A DNA stretch of 63,885 nt, filler included, from Candidatus Fermentibacterota bacterium (GTDB lineage: Bacteria; JAFGKV01): assembly GCA_016928395.1 (NCBI GenBank). It is 9 parts of 9 records of this genome, joined end to end, with 100 filler letters (N's around TTAATTAATTAA, not from the genome) between each part and the next. Parts side by side here need not be neighbours in the genome. Positions count along the whole stretch, not along the records: positions 8,489 to 22,632 come from JAFGKV010000338.1; positions 22,733 to 32,371 come from JAFGKV010000339.1; 7 more parts are not named here. One strand, written 5' to 3'. Shown here piece by piece: positions 18,448-27,526 of the stretch. Position numbers and translations under genes: made by a program. Positions within the stretch are counted from its first letter, which is position 1, and each line of letters begins with the position of its first letter. Under the pieces are notes generated by a model, which was not told the origin of the DNA, did not search any database, and saw nothing but the letters and a program-made list of their open reading frames with translations.

Positions 18448-19404
18448 CTATCCCCCACTCTTCCGTGCACGGATCACGGCGCCCTCTTCGTATGCGGGAA
18501 CTTCTCCTCGATGTTCCTGACACCGGATAACGTACCAAATCCAATCAAGTTGGGCCAGATCACGGAGAACCTCGCCTTCGAAGATCCGGACGAGGTGATG
18601 AGTGAACGCCGGCAGGGCTTCACCTCTCTGCGGGGCCTCCAGCGGTTGATGAACTCGGACGTGGTGTAGGCCGTGACGGTCAACCAGGTCAACCACGGGC
18701 ACGACCGGCGCTCTGGTTGCCATGGCCAACCGGGCCGGGGCCGATGAGAACGCAATGTCCTCATTGAGGAATCGCTGGGGATGCCCGCGGGAGCCGCCAT
18801 ACCCACTGATCGCCATGAACACGACATTGCTGGCCGCAAGCTGGCGGTGTGCCCACCGGAGTGGTTCGTCCAGGAAGTGCACCGCATGATATCTCCTCGA
18901 GGAACGAAGCCGGGCTTCGCGTGCTCGTTTCCCATAGTCGTCGTAGCGGGCGCTGAGCAGGTGCACGGGGTAGCCCTTGAGACCCAGCGCCACATGGGCA
19001 ATCCTGGCATCGCCCACGTGAAGCGTGACCGCGATGGCCCCTGCTCCTGTGCTTCGCGCGGCGTCAAGAAAACCAAGCCCGTCATAGTGGATCAGGGCCT
19101 CAAGTTCGAGGGGCGGAAGGCGATCCACCGTAAAGAGGTCCAGAAACCGAAGCTGGTGGTAGAACCAGAAGCGGCCCAGAAGCCCATTCAATTCCTTGCG
19201 GGGCATCTCGGGAACGGCGTTGGCCATGTGCTCCAGAAATACACGGCGTGACTTCCGGGGGCCGACGTACCCGATCCACGAGCGAAGCATCCCCAGTGCG
19301 GCTGCCGTCTGTACCACCCGGGGGCGGCGAAACCCCACTGCCCGTAGCATAGTCTCGGTGCCGAGATAGTAGGCGTCCATGACGGTTCTCGATACGGCGT
19401 TCAT
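18448..19404 (-). CDS. Lipid A/lysophospholipid acyltransferase-like protein (LpxL-like)
   Basis: GLGFLDAARSTGAGAIAVTLHVG, FL...PARLAMATRAPVVPV, QLDWIW; ATGA overlap with GT9. Confidence 0.7.
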   Translation of the reverse strand: MNAVSRTVMDAYYLGTETMLRAVGFRRPRVVQTAAALGMLRSWIGYVGPRKSRRVFLEHMANAVPEMPRKELNGLLGRFWFYHQLRFLDLFTVDRLPPLELEALIHYDGLGFLDAARSTGAGAIAVTLHVGDARIAHVALGLKGYPVHLLSARYDDYGKRAREARLRSSRRYHAVHFLDEPLRWAHRQLAASNVVFMAISGYGGSRGHPQRFLNEDIAFSSAPARLAMATRAPVVPVVDLVDRHGLHHVRVHQPLEAPQRGEALPAFTHHLVRIFEGEVLRDLAQLDWIWYVIRCQEHRGEVPAYEEGAVIRARKSGG

Positions 19405-20432
19405 CTCACAACGCTCCGCACTTCCTCCCACACCGCATCCTCAGTGATTGCCTGCATGCACACCGGGGTGCCCCGACGGCATCCCGGGAATAGGCCATTC
19501 CCGTAACATGGACTACAGGAAGCGGTAGAACTTACACCCCGCTGGTGGTCGCGGCCAGTCGGAAGGAAGTTAGCGCATGATGTGGGCCCGAACAGCCCGA
19601 CCAGTGGCCGGTTCAAAGCTACCGCCATGTGCAGTGCCACAGAATCGATGGTCACCACGAGCGAGGCCTCCGCAATCAGCGCAGCCAGGGTACGGAGGTC
19701 CGTGGCGCCTGCCAGATTGCGAGGCGCCACGGACGAAGCCCGTAGTATTTGTGTTACTTGGGGAATGTCCTCATGGGCGCCCACCAGGACCGTCTCGAGA
19801 CCGATCTCGCGTGTGATGAGGTCACACAGCCGCCCCCATCTGGCGGCACGCCACCGTTTTGCCGGCACAGATTGCCGGGCATTCCGGCCGCCCCCGGCAG
19901 CTATGACCGCGAAGGGCGCTGCGCCGGCACGTTCTCGCGCGGCGGCGCGCTCATTGGGCTCCACGAAGAGCCTCGGATAGTGGGAGTGGGGGAGGGGCGT
20001 CGACACTGCCCGGCCTGCGAGCTCAAGGTAGGCGTCGGCTGTGTAGCGATCGAAGGGTGGCGGCCACGAATCGATATCGGATCTGTCCAGAGCGTGCACT
20101 TTCCGGGCCCCGCCCAGCCGTGCCACAAGCCGTGCAGCGGGCGATGCCTGGAAAACCACCGCCTGCGATGGTGCGGCGCGGCGAAGGGTCGGCAGCGCCC
20201 GCGCGGCCGACAGGTATGAGAGATTTGGCATGGTGATGACTGAGTCGATGTCGCCATTGCACTTCAGCAATGGCGCGCACTGTGTGGTGGTGAGGACCAG
20301 GAGTGTCGCCTCGGGGAAACCCGTTCGCAACAAGTGCAATGCAGGGGTTACCAGGAGCAGGTCTCCCAACGCGTGAGTCTTCACTGCCAAGACTGTCGGT
20401 ATGCCGATGGAGGGTGTTCTTGAACGCGGCAA
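19401..20432 (-). CDS. Glycosyltransferase family 9 (heptosyltransferase-like)
   Basis: ALGDLLLVTPAL, KRW, LAGATDL, IDSVALHMA..P.VGLFGPT, CSPC. Confidence 0.9.
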   Translation of the reverse strand: MPRSRTPSIGIPTVLAVKTHALGDLLLVTPALHLLRTGFPEATLLVLTTTQCAPLLKCNGDIDSVITMPNLSYLSAARALPTLRRAAPSQAVVFQASPAARLVARLGGARKVHALDRSDIDSWPPPFDRYTADAYLELAGRAVSTPLPHSHYPRLFVEPNERAAARERAGAAPFAVIAAGGGRNARQSVPAKRWRAARWGRLCDLITREIGLETVLVGAHEDIPQVTQILRASSVAPRNLAGATDLRTLAALIAEASLVVTIDSVALHMAVALNRPLVGLFGPTSCANFLPTGRDHQRGVSSTASCSPCYGNGLFPGCRRGTPVCMQAITEDAVWEEVRSVVR

Positions 20433-20527
20433 CCGCTACCTCTTTCCGTGTGAACAGGGATCTCACCATAGCAAGTATCGCCGGGGCCCCGCGTCAACTG
20501 CTTGCTGTCGTGACCCTGAGGATGTAA

Positions 20528-21469
20528 ATGGCATCGTGCCCATCATTCGATACCCTTAGGCCGGAGCGTTCCGTGAGTCAGACATCGACATCCTCGCTCA
20601 CCAGTCGTCTGCGGCTAGCCCTTCACGCGGGCGTCAGCCTCTTGCTGCTCGGGGCGGTGGTGCTTCTACTCCACCCACAGCGATACTGGGAGATTCTCCG
20701 GTCGATCTCGATGAGCTCGCTCCTGATTGCGGTGGGGATGGCGGTGGCGGGGTTCCTGGTGCGAGCCGTTCGTTGGCATTTCCTGGCCACGCAGGGGGTG
20801 CCCCTTCTCACCTGGGCAGAGACGGTGCGAAGCACGGTGATGGGGTGCAGAACGGCTCCGCTGGGGAATGCTTGGCAAGCCCGGATAGAGAGCGCGGAAG
20901 CTCTCAATGGTGAGAACCGGCTGGGCCTTGGCGGCCTTGCCCTGCTGGACGTCATGCTTGACGCCTTGGTGGCGGTGATCGCGGTGGCGCTGAATGTGTT
21001 CGGCCTCAATGCGCTGGCTGTCGTGGGTTTCCTGCTGGCTCTTTTCCTGTCCCTCATCGAACACGTACGACGCATGCAGTGGACAACCCAGGGCATCCTC
21101 CAGCGGATCGCCAGGGCCCTGGCCAAGACCAGTGTGGCCGATGTGCTGATCGCGCTTCTCTTGTCTGCCTTGATCTACGGTTGCGCCCTGCTCCAATTCC
21201 ACTTTCTTCTGGTCTCATGCGGAGCCGGTCGCCTGGATCTGGCAACCAAGGCGGGTCCCGTGGTCTTCTTGGTGTCCTACGTGCCCGTCGGTATCTTCCG
21301 GCTGGGTCTTCCCCAGATTGCCGCAGCAGCGACTCTGTCATCGTCGGGTCGAGCAGCTGAGGGTGTTGTGACCAGCCTTTTGTTCTTCTTGTTGAACCAT
21401 GCGCTACCCCGGCTGATCGCGTGCGCCATGGCGGGGGCTCGCGCATCGGGCACGAAGGAGGAAGCATGA
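20528..21469 (+). CDS. Lysylphosphatidylglycerol synthase TM/flippase-like membrane protein
   Basis: Multiple TMs, RAVRW, VPVGIFRLG pattern; sits next to glycosyltransferases. Confidence 0.6.
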   Translation: MASCPSFDTLRPERSVSQTSTSSLTSRLRLALHAGVSLLLLGAVVLLLHPQRYWEILRSISMSSLLIAVGMAVAGFLVRAVRWHFLATQGVPLLTWAETVRSTVMGCRTAPLGNAWQARIESAEALNGENRLGLGGLALLDVMLDALVAVIAVALNVFGLNALAVVGFLLALFLSLIEHVRRMQWTTQGILQRIARALAKTSVADVLIALLLSALIYGCALLQFHFLLVSCGAGRLDLATKAGPVVFLVSYVPVGIFRLGLPQIAAAATLSSSGRAAEGVVTSLLFFLLNHALPRLIACAMAGARASGTKEEA

Positions 21470-22479
21470 GCACTGTGGCTCTCTGCGATGCCCGCAAGGG
21501 CATCACGCGCGCTGTGGCCAGCGCCTTGGATGAGATTGGATGGCCGGCTCTGGTGGATCGCGGGGCACCAACGCTCTACAAAGTCAACCTCACCCATGAC
21601 CTTCTCCTGCCGGGCGCTATCGTGTCGCCGGCTGTGGTGCATGCCGCCCATCGCCACATGGCGTCGTATCTCGGCCCAGTCGTGATTGGCGAGACGAGTC
21701 AAGTCGTCACCGACGCCGATAAGGCGTACCGGGCATCCGGATTCGACCGGCTCTGTACGCATCTGGGCCTACAGTGGTGCAATATGACCCATCATGAGTG
21801 GATTGATGTCACCGCCCATGGTGAGACCTTGAAACTCCCGGTCATAACCCAGACTCACCAGGTCGTGAACCTCTGTGTCATGAAGACCCATTTCCGTTCG
21901 ACAATCTCCGGCGCCTTGAAGAACTTCTGGGGCTTCCTGGAAGGGGGACGAGAACGGTTTCACCCCGAGTTACCTACTAGGATCGCGCAGTTGCACACGC
22001 TCATCCCGTGCAGGCTGCATATCATGGATGCCGTCGTCGCCATGGAGGGCAATGGACCCAAGAGCGGAAGACCCAAGGAGGTCGGGCTTGTGCTCGCGTC
22101 GGCGGATCCGGTTGCCTTGGACGCGACCGCGGCACGACTCATGGGGTTTGATCCGGCGACCATCGAGCACATCCAAGTGTGCGCGCAACGGGGCTTGGGT
22201 AGCGCTGATCCGGCGCGCATTCACCTCGTGGGCGATGCGGCGGATGCACTCGCTATGCGCTTCGCCCCGGCTCGCCAGAACTTCATTGCCAGAGTCGAAG
22301 CACGAGTGCGGCAACTCAGAGGCGGCGGTGGCGGCGGCCTTCACGGCAGGCCCCTGGAGATCCTGGCGTGGGGAGCGCGACAGTGGTACAGATTCGCGTA
22401 TGAAGCGTTCGGAACCAGGCGAAGGGTAGAGCGATTCCTCCGGTCCACGGAGTTCGACGGCGAATGGAGGCGCCGGTAG
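21466..22479 (+). CDS. DUF362 domain protein
   Basis: KVNL, MKTH, SGALKNFWG, MEGNGP..G.P, ASADPVALD; GGAGG SD and ATGA overlap. Confidence 0.85.
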   Translation: MSTVALCDARKGITRAVASALDEIGWPALVDRGAPTLYKVNLTHDLLLPGAIVSPAVVHAAHRHMASYLGPVVIGETSQVVTDADKAYRASGFDRLCTHLGLQWCNMTHHEWIDVTAHGETLKLPVITQTHQVVNLCVMKTHFRSTISGALKNFWGFLEGGRERFHPELPTRIAQLHTLIPCRLHIMDAVVAMEGNGPKSGRPKEVGLVLASADPVALDATAARLMGFDPATIEHIQVCAQRGLGSADPARIHLVGDAADALAMRFAPARQNFIARVEARVRQLRGGGGGGLHGRPLEILAWGARQWYRFAYEAFGTRRRVERFLRSTEFDGEWRRR

Positions 22480-22494
22480 GGGAGACTCACCTGT

Positions 22495-22550
22495 ATCGGC
22501 TGTCAGCTATCGGCGGTTGGCTATCGGCTGTCAGCTTACTCCTATCTCCT
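22495..22550 (+). repeat. Heptamer repeats RTCRGCT followed by an ACTCCTATCTCCT unit
   Basis: atcggct gtcagct atcggcg gttggct atcggct gtcagct tactcctatctcct. Confidence 0.8.
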
Positions 22551-22632
22551 GGTCAAGTCAGAACATGGGTAACGTTTCAGGTTCAGAACATAGGTAACAC
22601 TTCGTCATTGCGCGGATGGCGATGGACTGGGA
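22551..22632. mobile_element. End of a multicopy IS, IS481-like
   Basis: 82 nt identical to 51953-52034, both at contig ends; internal repeat CAGAACATRGGTAAC x2 resembles IS481-family subterminal repeats. Confidence 0.7.
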
Positions 22633-22732
22633 NNNNNNNNNNNNNNNNNNNNNNNNNNNNNNNNNNNNNNNNNNNNTTAATTAATTAANNNNNNNNNNNN
22701 NNNNNNNNNNNNNNNNNNNNNNNNNNNNNNNN

Positions 22733-22816
22733 ACCATCGATCATCAGCCCGCCTGGTCACCAGATGGGCGGACCATCGCCCACACACACGGATGGAACCG
22801 CGCCGGTGCCCTTTTG
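22733..22816 (+). pseudogene. Fragment of a TolB/PD40-repeat gene cut at the RAYT end
   Basis: Translates TIDHQPAWSPDGRTIAHTH, like DPDWSPDGATIAYTH in 25558-26457. Confidence 0.6.
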
Positions 22817-23904
22817 GGGGTCAAATCTTTAATCTATAATCTTCGGTCGGAGTTGAGCTTCCAGGTCTCGGATTCGTTGGGCCACGGCGGGGTCCCCATC
22901 GATGGCGTCTGACACGCGCCGGCATGCATGGCTGACCGCGGCGGCCTTGATGCCGCCGAAGCGTTCGCCTATGGTGGCGTTGGTCAGGCGGCAGTGCCGC
23001 CACGTCAGATAGATCGCCACATCCCGTGCTTCGTCACCCTTTCTGCCTCGTCTTCGCAGGTGCTCTGCAGCGCACCCATAGGTTGTGCCGACGGCTCTGG
23101 CCACGGCCTCCGGATTCACCGACGCGGCCTCCACCATGCGAGACACCTCGGTATCGAGGGGCTTCTCCTCGAGTTGCATCCGCATCTGTCGGACGAAGTC
23201 CTCGCCCCCCAGTAGCGCCCCATGCACGACCGCATCAAGGGGAGATGGTTCGTCTGACGCCGTCAGGAACTGCAGGTAGCCTTCCCGCTGCTCCTGTGCG
23301 GTGCGCCCGAATCGCTCCAAGACCCATCCGGTGGTGAGCCACGGGGGTGGCTCGACCATGCCCAGATAGGCACGGCAGCTCGACCAGTCATACTTCCATG
23401 GACGCCTCACCATACCCGCTCTGACGGGATTGAGATGGATGTAGCGAGTGAGGGCCGAGAGATAGGATTCCGCCTCGATGACGGCGCTGTGGAACCGACC
23501 TTGGAACAGATACCCAGATCGTCGGTAACGCCGGTTAAATGCTGAGGCATAGGTCTCGTTGAGCCATTGCATACTGCGGCTGAGATGACCCTCGGGGGTC
23601 TCGAGCTCGAGATGATAGTGGGTATCCATGAGGCAGTAGGCGTGGACCAGCACGCCAAAGCGTTGACAGAGCTGCTGAAGTCTGGCGAGAAAGTCGAGGC
23701 GATCATCGTCGTCGCCGAAGATTGTGGTGCCGGCAACGCCGCGGGCGGTGATGTGGTAGTGGCCGCCAGGGAAGTCGATACGCAGTGGTCGGGCCATGGC
23801 GATCTCCAGAGGGAAGGCACAGGGGGAGGACACGTAAGGGACCTGGCAGGCATGTTAGGAGGAGTATCTGTCGCGTCAAGATTATAGATTGAAGATTTGA
23901 CCCC
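22817..23904 (-). mobile_element. RAYT/Y1 HUH transposase element bounded by 27-bp inverted repeats
   Basis: GGGGTCAAATCTTYAATCTATAATCTT at 22817-22843 and inverted at 23878-23904, one mismatch. Confidence 0.85.
22829..23797 (-). CDS. REP-associated tyrosine transposase (Y1_Tnp) with C-terminal DnaA_C/TrpR-like HTH
   Basis: MARPLR, YHITARG, AYCLMDTHYHL (HUH), GYLFQGRF, RYIHLNPVRAG, WSS; C-terminal ARDVAIYL..IGERFGG..VSH. Confidence 0.92.
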   Translation of the reverse strand: MARPLRIDFPGGHYHITARGVAGTTIFGDDDDRLDFLARLQQLCQRFGVLVHAYCLMDTHYHLELETPEGHLSRSMQWLNETYASAFNRRYRRSGYLFQGRFHSAVIEAESYLSALTRYIHLNPVRAGMVRRPWKYDWSSCRAYLGMVEPPPWLTTGWVLERFGRTAQEQREGYLQFLTASDEPSPLDAVVHGALLGGEDFVRQMRMQLEEKPLDTEVSRMVEAASVNPEAVARAVGTTYGCAAEHLRRRGRKGDEARDVAIYLTWRHCRLTNATIGERFGGIKAAAVSHACRRVSDAIDGDPAVAQRIRDLEAQLRPKIID

Positions 23905-24016
23905 ACGTGGACAGTGCAGCTCTGCGCAAGGACAGACCGGATCGGGTGGTAGACCCATGCGCACGGTGGACCTGGCACTCCAGCATGCCGACACCAACCC
24001 TCGCCTGATGACACAG

Positions 24017-24045
24017 ATTACACCATGGTTGACACATGGTGTAAT
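24017..24045 (+). promoter_or_regulatory. vapBC operator/promoter
   Basis: Perfect 11-bp IR ATTACACCATG-N7-CATGGTGTAAT enclosing TTGACA. Confidence 0.7.
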
Positions 24046-24089
24046 ACACCAATATTGCCATCAAGAACCGTCGAAAGGAGGACCATGCC

Positions 24090-24362
24090 ATGGCACTGAA
24101 TCTGAAGAACCGCCACGTCGAGATCCTGGCCGCCGAGGTCGCCGAGCTGACAGGCGAGACCAAGACCGAAGCCATTCGGCGCGCGCTCGAGGAACGTCGG
24201 GAACGGCTGCACTTCCGCGTGGTGCGGCGAGACCGGAGAAACGACCTGCGGAGGTTTCTGGAGACAGAGGTGTGGCCGTGCATCCCCCGCGAGGTGCTCG
24301 GCACACCCCTGGCTCGTGCGGAGGAGAATGCCATTCTGGGGTATGGGGAGCAGGGGGTATGA
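24090..24362 (+). CDS. vapB: VapB antitoxin (Rv0623-like)
   Basis: MALNLKN..LAAEVAELTGETKTEAIRRALEER; AGGAGG SD. Confidence 0.9.
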   Translation: MALNLKNRHVEILAAEVAELTGETKTEAIRRALEERRERLHFRVVRRDRRNDLRRFLETEVWPCIPREVLGTPLARAEENAILGYGEQGV

Positions 24363-24745
24363 TTCTCGACACATCGGCCGTGCTAGCGATCATCGTCAGA
24401 GAGCCGGGATGGGAGGCCCTCTTCGACAAGATCGTGGCCGCACCAAGAGCCGGCATCGGCGCTCCCACTGTAGCCGAGGCTGGCATCGTGCTGAGGGCTC
24501 GTCTGGGCGCCTCGGGAGTCTCAGTGCTGACGCGGTTCCTCCAGGAGTTCCGTATCGAGACCGTTTTGTTCGGTGAGGAGCACTGGCGTGCGGCAGTCGA
24601 GGCATACGGCGCCTTCGGTAAGGGGCATCATCCCGCCGGACTGAACTACGGAGACTGCATGGCATACGCCACGGCGCGATTGGCGGCACTCCCGCTCCTG
24701 TGCAAAGGGGAGGACTTCCCGCTCACCGACATCCCTCTCGCATAG
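24359..24745 (+). CDS. vapC: VapC PIN-domain toxin
   Basis: MILDTSAVLAI, HPAGLNYGDC.AYA, LLCKGEDF..TD; ATGA overlap. Confidence 0.93.
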   Translation: MILDTSAVLAIIVREPGWEALFDKIVAAPRAGIGAPTVAEAGIVLRARLGASGVSVLTRFLQEFRIETVLFGEEHWRAAVEAYGAFGKGHHPAGLNYGDCMAYATARLAALPLLCKGEDFPLTDIPLA

Positions 24746-25038
24746 ACACGCCGATCCCGCCGCCTGCCGAACGGGAATAGGCGCACGGAGGGCTGCGGCC
24801 GACAGCACGTGACCACGGGCGAGTACTTCGTTGTGGGATCTGTGGGCCTTCAGAGGCGGCTGCATGCGGCCGCGCTCAGGCACAGCAGCGAAGGACAGCC
24901 AGTGAGGAGAAAGGAGAACGACGCACGCAGCCCGTCTTCTCCGGCCGCTTGACCGGGCGGTTCCTCTCCCTTCTCTTCCCTCGTGCTGTTTAGAGAATCG
25001 CCCTCTCCGTGAGGGCTGTGATGTGCGGAGATGCTCGG

Positions 25039-25221
25039 TCAGGCGCACATCCTGGGTGGGTGTGCGGGTGGGGATCCCGAGACATTTCCTCCCGACTGCC
25101 TTGTTCTCTTCACTCCATAGGGATCGAAGGCCGCATCGCGGCTCACAATCGTGAGATCATCAACAAGGCACTGCGCAGCCAGCATACGGTCAAGAGGATC
25201 GCGATGGAGGAACGGGAGCAT
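25039..25221 (-). pseudogene. C-terminal remnant of a PIN/VapC toxin
   Basis: LP..HRDPLDRMLAAQ..DLTIVSRDAAFDPYGV with no N-terminal half. Confidence 0.7.
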
Positions 25222-25372
25222 CTCGCGGGGTCAGGGGATGGCATGTGAGCGCACCCGCTCCCCTTGCTCGTCGAGGACTCGCGGTCACCCTGGATCGCGG
25301 CGCGGAGGCCAGGCCGGGAATCCTCGGGCACTCGTGGAGGGTTCCCGCTCGGCAAGGATCAGAGGTTCTCCA

Positions 25373-25487
25373 CGCGGGGTACCATGTCGTGCTGTGCGAC
25401 GCCAGTGAGTTCCCGAATGGAGTGTATGTCTACACGATGCGGACACCGGTGTTCTGTGACTCCAGGCGGATGATAGTATCCCGGTGA
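25373..25487 (+). pseudogene. Remnant of a FlgD/Por-type C-terminal domain
   Basis: AGYHVVLCDASEFPNGVYVYTM..DSRRMIVSR*; no matching upstream gene body. Confidence 0.5.
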
Positions 25488-25557
25488 GAGCAGTCGAGAT
25501 AGGCCAGGGGCACCGGCGCGGCTTCGCGCGCTCAGGGCGAGAGCCTTGGAGGAGAGG

Positions 25558-26457
25558 ATGAAGAGCGCACTAGCGCTGATGATCGTGCTCTGGATGGTGG
25601 CCCTGGGCGGGTGCGCCAGCGACGAACTATTCCTCGATCCAGAGCCGCCTGTCGAGGTTGAAGTTGATCCAGACTGGTCGCCCGATGGCGCCACCATCGC
25701 GTACACCCACTCCCTGGATGAGGTCTGGCTCTTGGACCTTCAGACCACGGAGAGACGCTTCCTCACGAAGGGCATGTGGCCAGTATGGTCTCCGGAGGGG
25801 AAGCGGATCGCCTATGTCAAAGCGAATGACGTCCATGTCATTGAAGTGGAGACTGAAGAGATAACCCGTCTGACGGACTGGGGGGAATGCTACTTCCCGT
25901 CGTGGTCGCCCGATGGGACAAGGATTTGCTACGATGTGATTGCCGTGCCTGCGGACTCCCTGGGTCTTTGGATCATGAACTCGGATGGGTCGGGGAAGAC
26001 CCGGGTAGTCCGTGGGCGCGCGCCGGACTGGTCTCCTGATGGCGCCACTCTCGCATACGTCGGAGGGCCCGGCTCGGCCGCCCGCACGGAATCGCAGATC
26101 TGGCTGGTCCGCACAGACGGGACCGAGGAGACACAGCTCACGGAGCGCGCAGTCGCCAATCGTTACCCATGTTGGTCGCCCGACGGGGCGAGAATCGCGT
26201 GGAACTCCTTTGGCAGCCGGAATGACTCGTCCAATGGGATCTGGATCATGAATGCGGACGGGACGAACCAGCGGAAGGTCGTGCGCGATGGCAGCTTTGG
26301 AGGCAGGCCGTCATGGTCGCCTGACGGCGAACGGATCGTGTATCCTGGACACAACAAGGATTCCGACACCGTGACCCTGTGGATCGTGAACGCCGATGGA
26401 ACAGATGCCCGGCCTCTGACCCGTCCGGAAGACTACGGGACGCCCGGCGGAACCTGA
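25558..26457 (+). CDS. TolB-like PD40 beta-propeller lipoprotein
   Basis: Lipobox LGGC; six P.WSP[DE]G repeats. Confidence 0.88.
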   Translation: MKSALALMIVLWMVALGGCASDELFLDPEPPVEVEVDPDWSPDGATIAYTHSLDEVWLLDLQTTERRFLTKGMWPVWSPEGKRIAYVKANDVHVIEVETEEITRLTDWGECYFPSWSPDGTRICYDVIAVPADSLGLWIMNSDGSGKTRVVRGRAPDWSPDGATLAYVGGPGSAARTESQIWLVRTDGTEETQLTERAVANRYPCWSPDGARIAWNSFGSRNDSSNGIWIMNADGTNQRKVVRDGSFGGRPSWSPDGERIVYPGHNKDSDTVTLWIVNADGTDARPLTRPEDYGTPGGT

Positions 26458-26946
26458 GGGCACCGGGAGAGACAGCGGGGCGGAGATGCGGGAGGCACAG
26501 AGGCGCAGTGGTGCCTTGGGGTCACCCATTAGAGGGCGGGTCAACGAAAGACATTCCTCCCTGAGAAGACCGCACTCTCCTCGCGCGACCTTCTCCTCTC
26601 CCGCAGGTAGGTTCGAGTCCCTCGTCGTTCATCGCACCCGTTACATCTCTGAGATGGGGTAACGATCAGCTTCTGCTGATCCGCGCCAGTCACCCATCGG
26701 GTTCAAGGCTCGTGGAGGGCGATCGTGCCCGGTTCACTGCCCCTGGTCCATCTGGATCCCAGATGATCATCGGTTCCATGCCGTGGCCCAAGTGGTAGTG
26801 CAGATCTCGTGGTTGTGTCCCAACCCTTGTGTGACTCGCGGCATAGGCGAATCAGACTCGAAAGACTCGCACCCCTCTCTTGTGCACAGACCAATCTCGG
26901 CCCTACCCACCGACCTGTCAAATCGCGATGGCCCTCTGTATGATTA

Positions 26947-26969
26947 TCAGATCTTCAATCTGCAATCTT
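26947..26969 (+). repeat. Degenerate solo copy of the RAYT end motif
   Basis: TCAGATCTTCAATCTGCAATCTT versus TCAAATCTTCAATCTATAATCTT. Confidence 0.65.
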
Positions 26970-27140
26970 CGCGTACCACACCACTCCTGTGCCTCGTTCT
27001 CGTGGGGACGGCGGCGCACAGGCCACCGTGCGTACAGGACATTGGAAGAATGTCAACGTGCGGTGCGATAGATCTTCCCACACAAGGCCACCAGGCCGGC
27101 TGCAGCACGCCGAACGGCACAGCGTGGCCCTGATCCGAGG

Positions 27141-27166
27141 TATTCTAAACTTGGAATAGTGGCCCC
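27141..27166. repeat. Degenerate relative of the 8797-8826 palindrome
   Basis: TATTCTAAACTTGGAATAGTGGCCCC. Confidence 0.5.
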
Positions 27167-27526
27167 ACGGGCTGTTGCGGGGACGCTTCGGGGAAACGCT
27201 GGAGCACCGCAGGGTAGTCGGCGAGTCTCTATGTGGGAGTCCCCGACGTGCCACGCATGCGTGCCTCCCTGTTCCGTTGACCGGGAGGCAACGGTTTGGG
27301 AAATCGTACTGCCGCACGGAGTTGACTGAAGCCTCCCACCGGGCGGGTGCACGCTCCGGGTGCACCTCCTCATCACACTACGGCCTCGCACACACAACGT
27401 CGACAGTGCCATCTCTCCGACTTCCGCCGACGCCACCTGATCATCCGATGTGACGGAAGCGAACCAGCGTGGTGTTATTCATTCGTAGGAACCCGCCACT
27501 AGTGGCATCGCTTTCCAGGAGGAACC

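Noticed and set aside
22829-23100. RAYT DnaA_C-like HTH acting as the missing domain IV of the REC-DnaA protein
   Set aside because: They are on different contigs, and such an HTH tail is a normal part of this RAYT subgroup.
26603-26630. GGTTCGAGTCCC as a tRNA or att remnant
   Set aside because: The T-stem pairs for only about 2 bp and there are no acceptor or anticodon arms.
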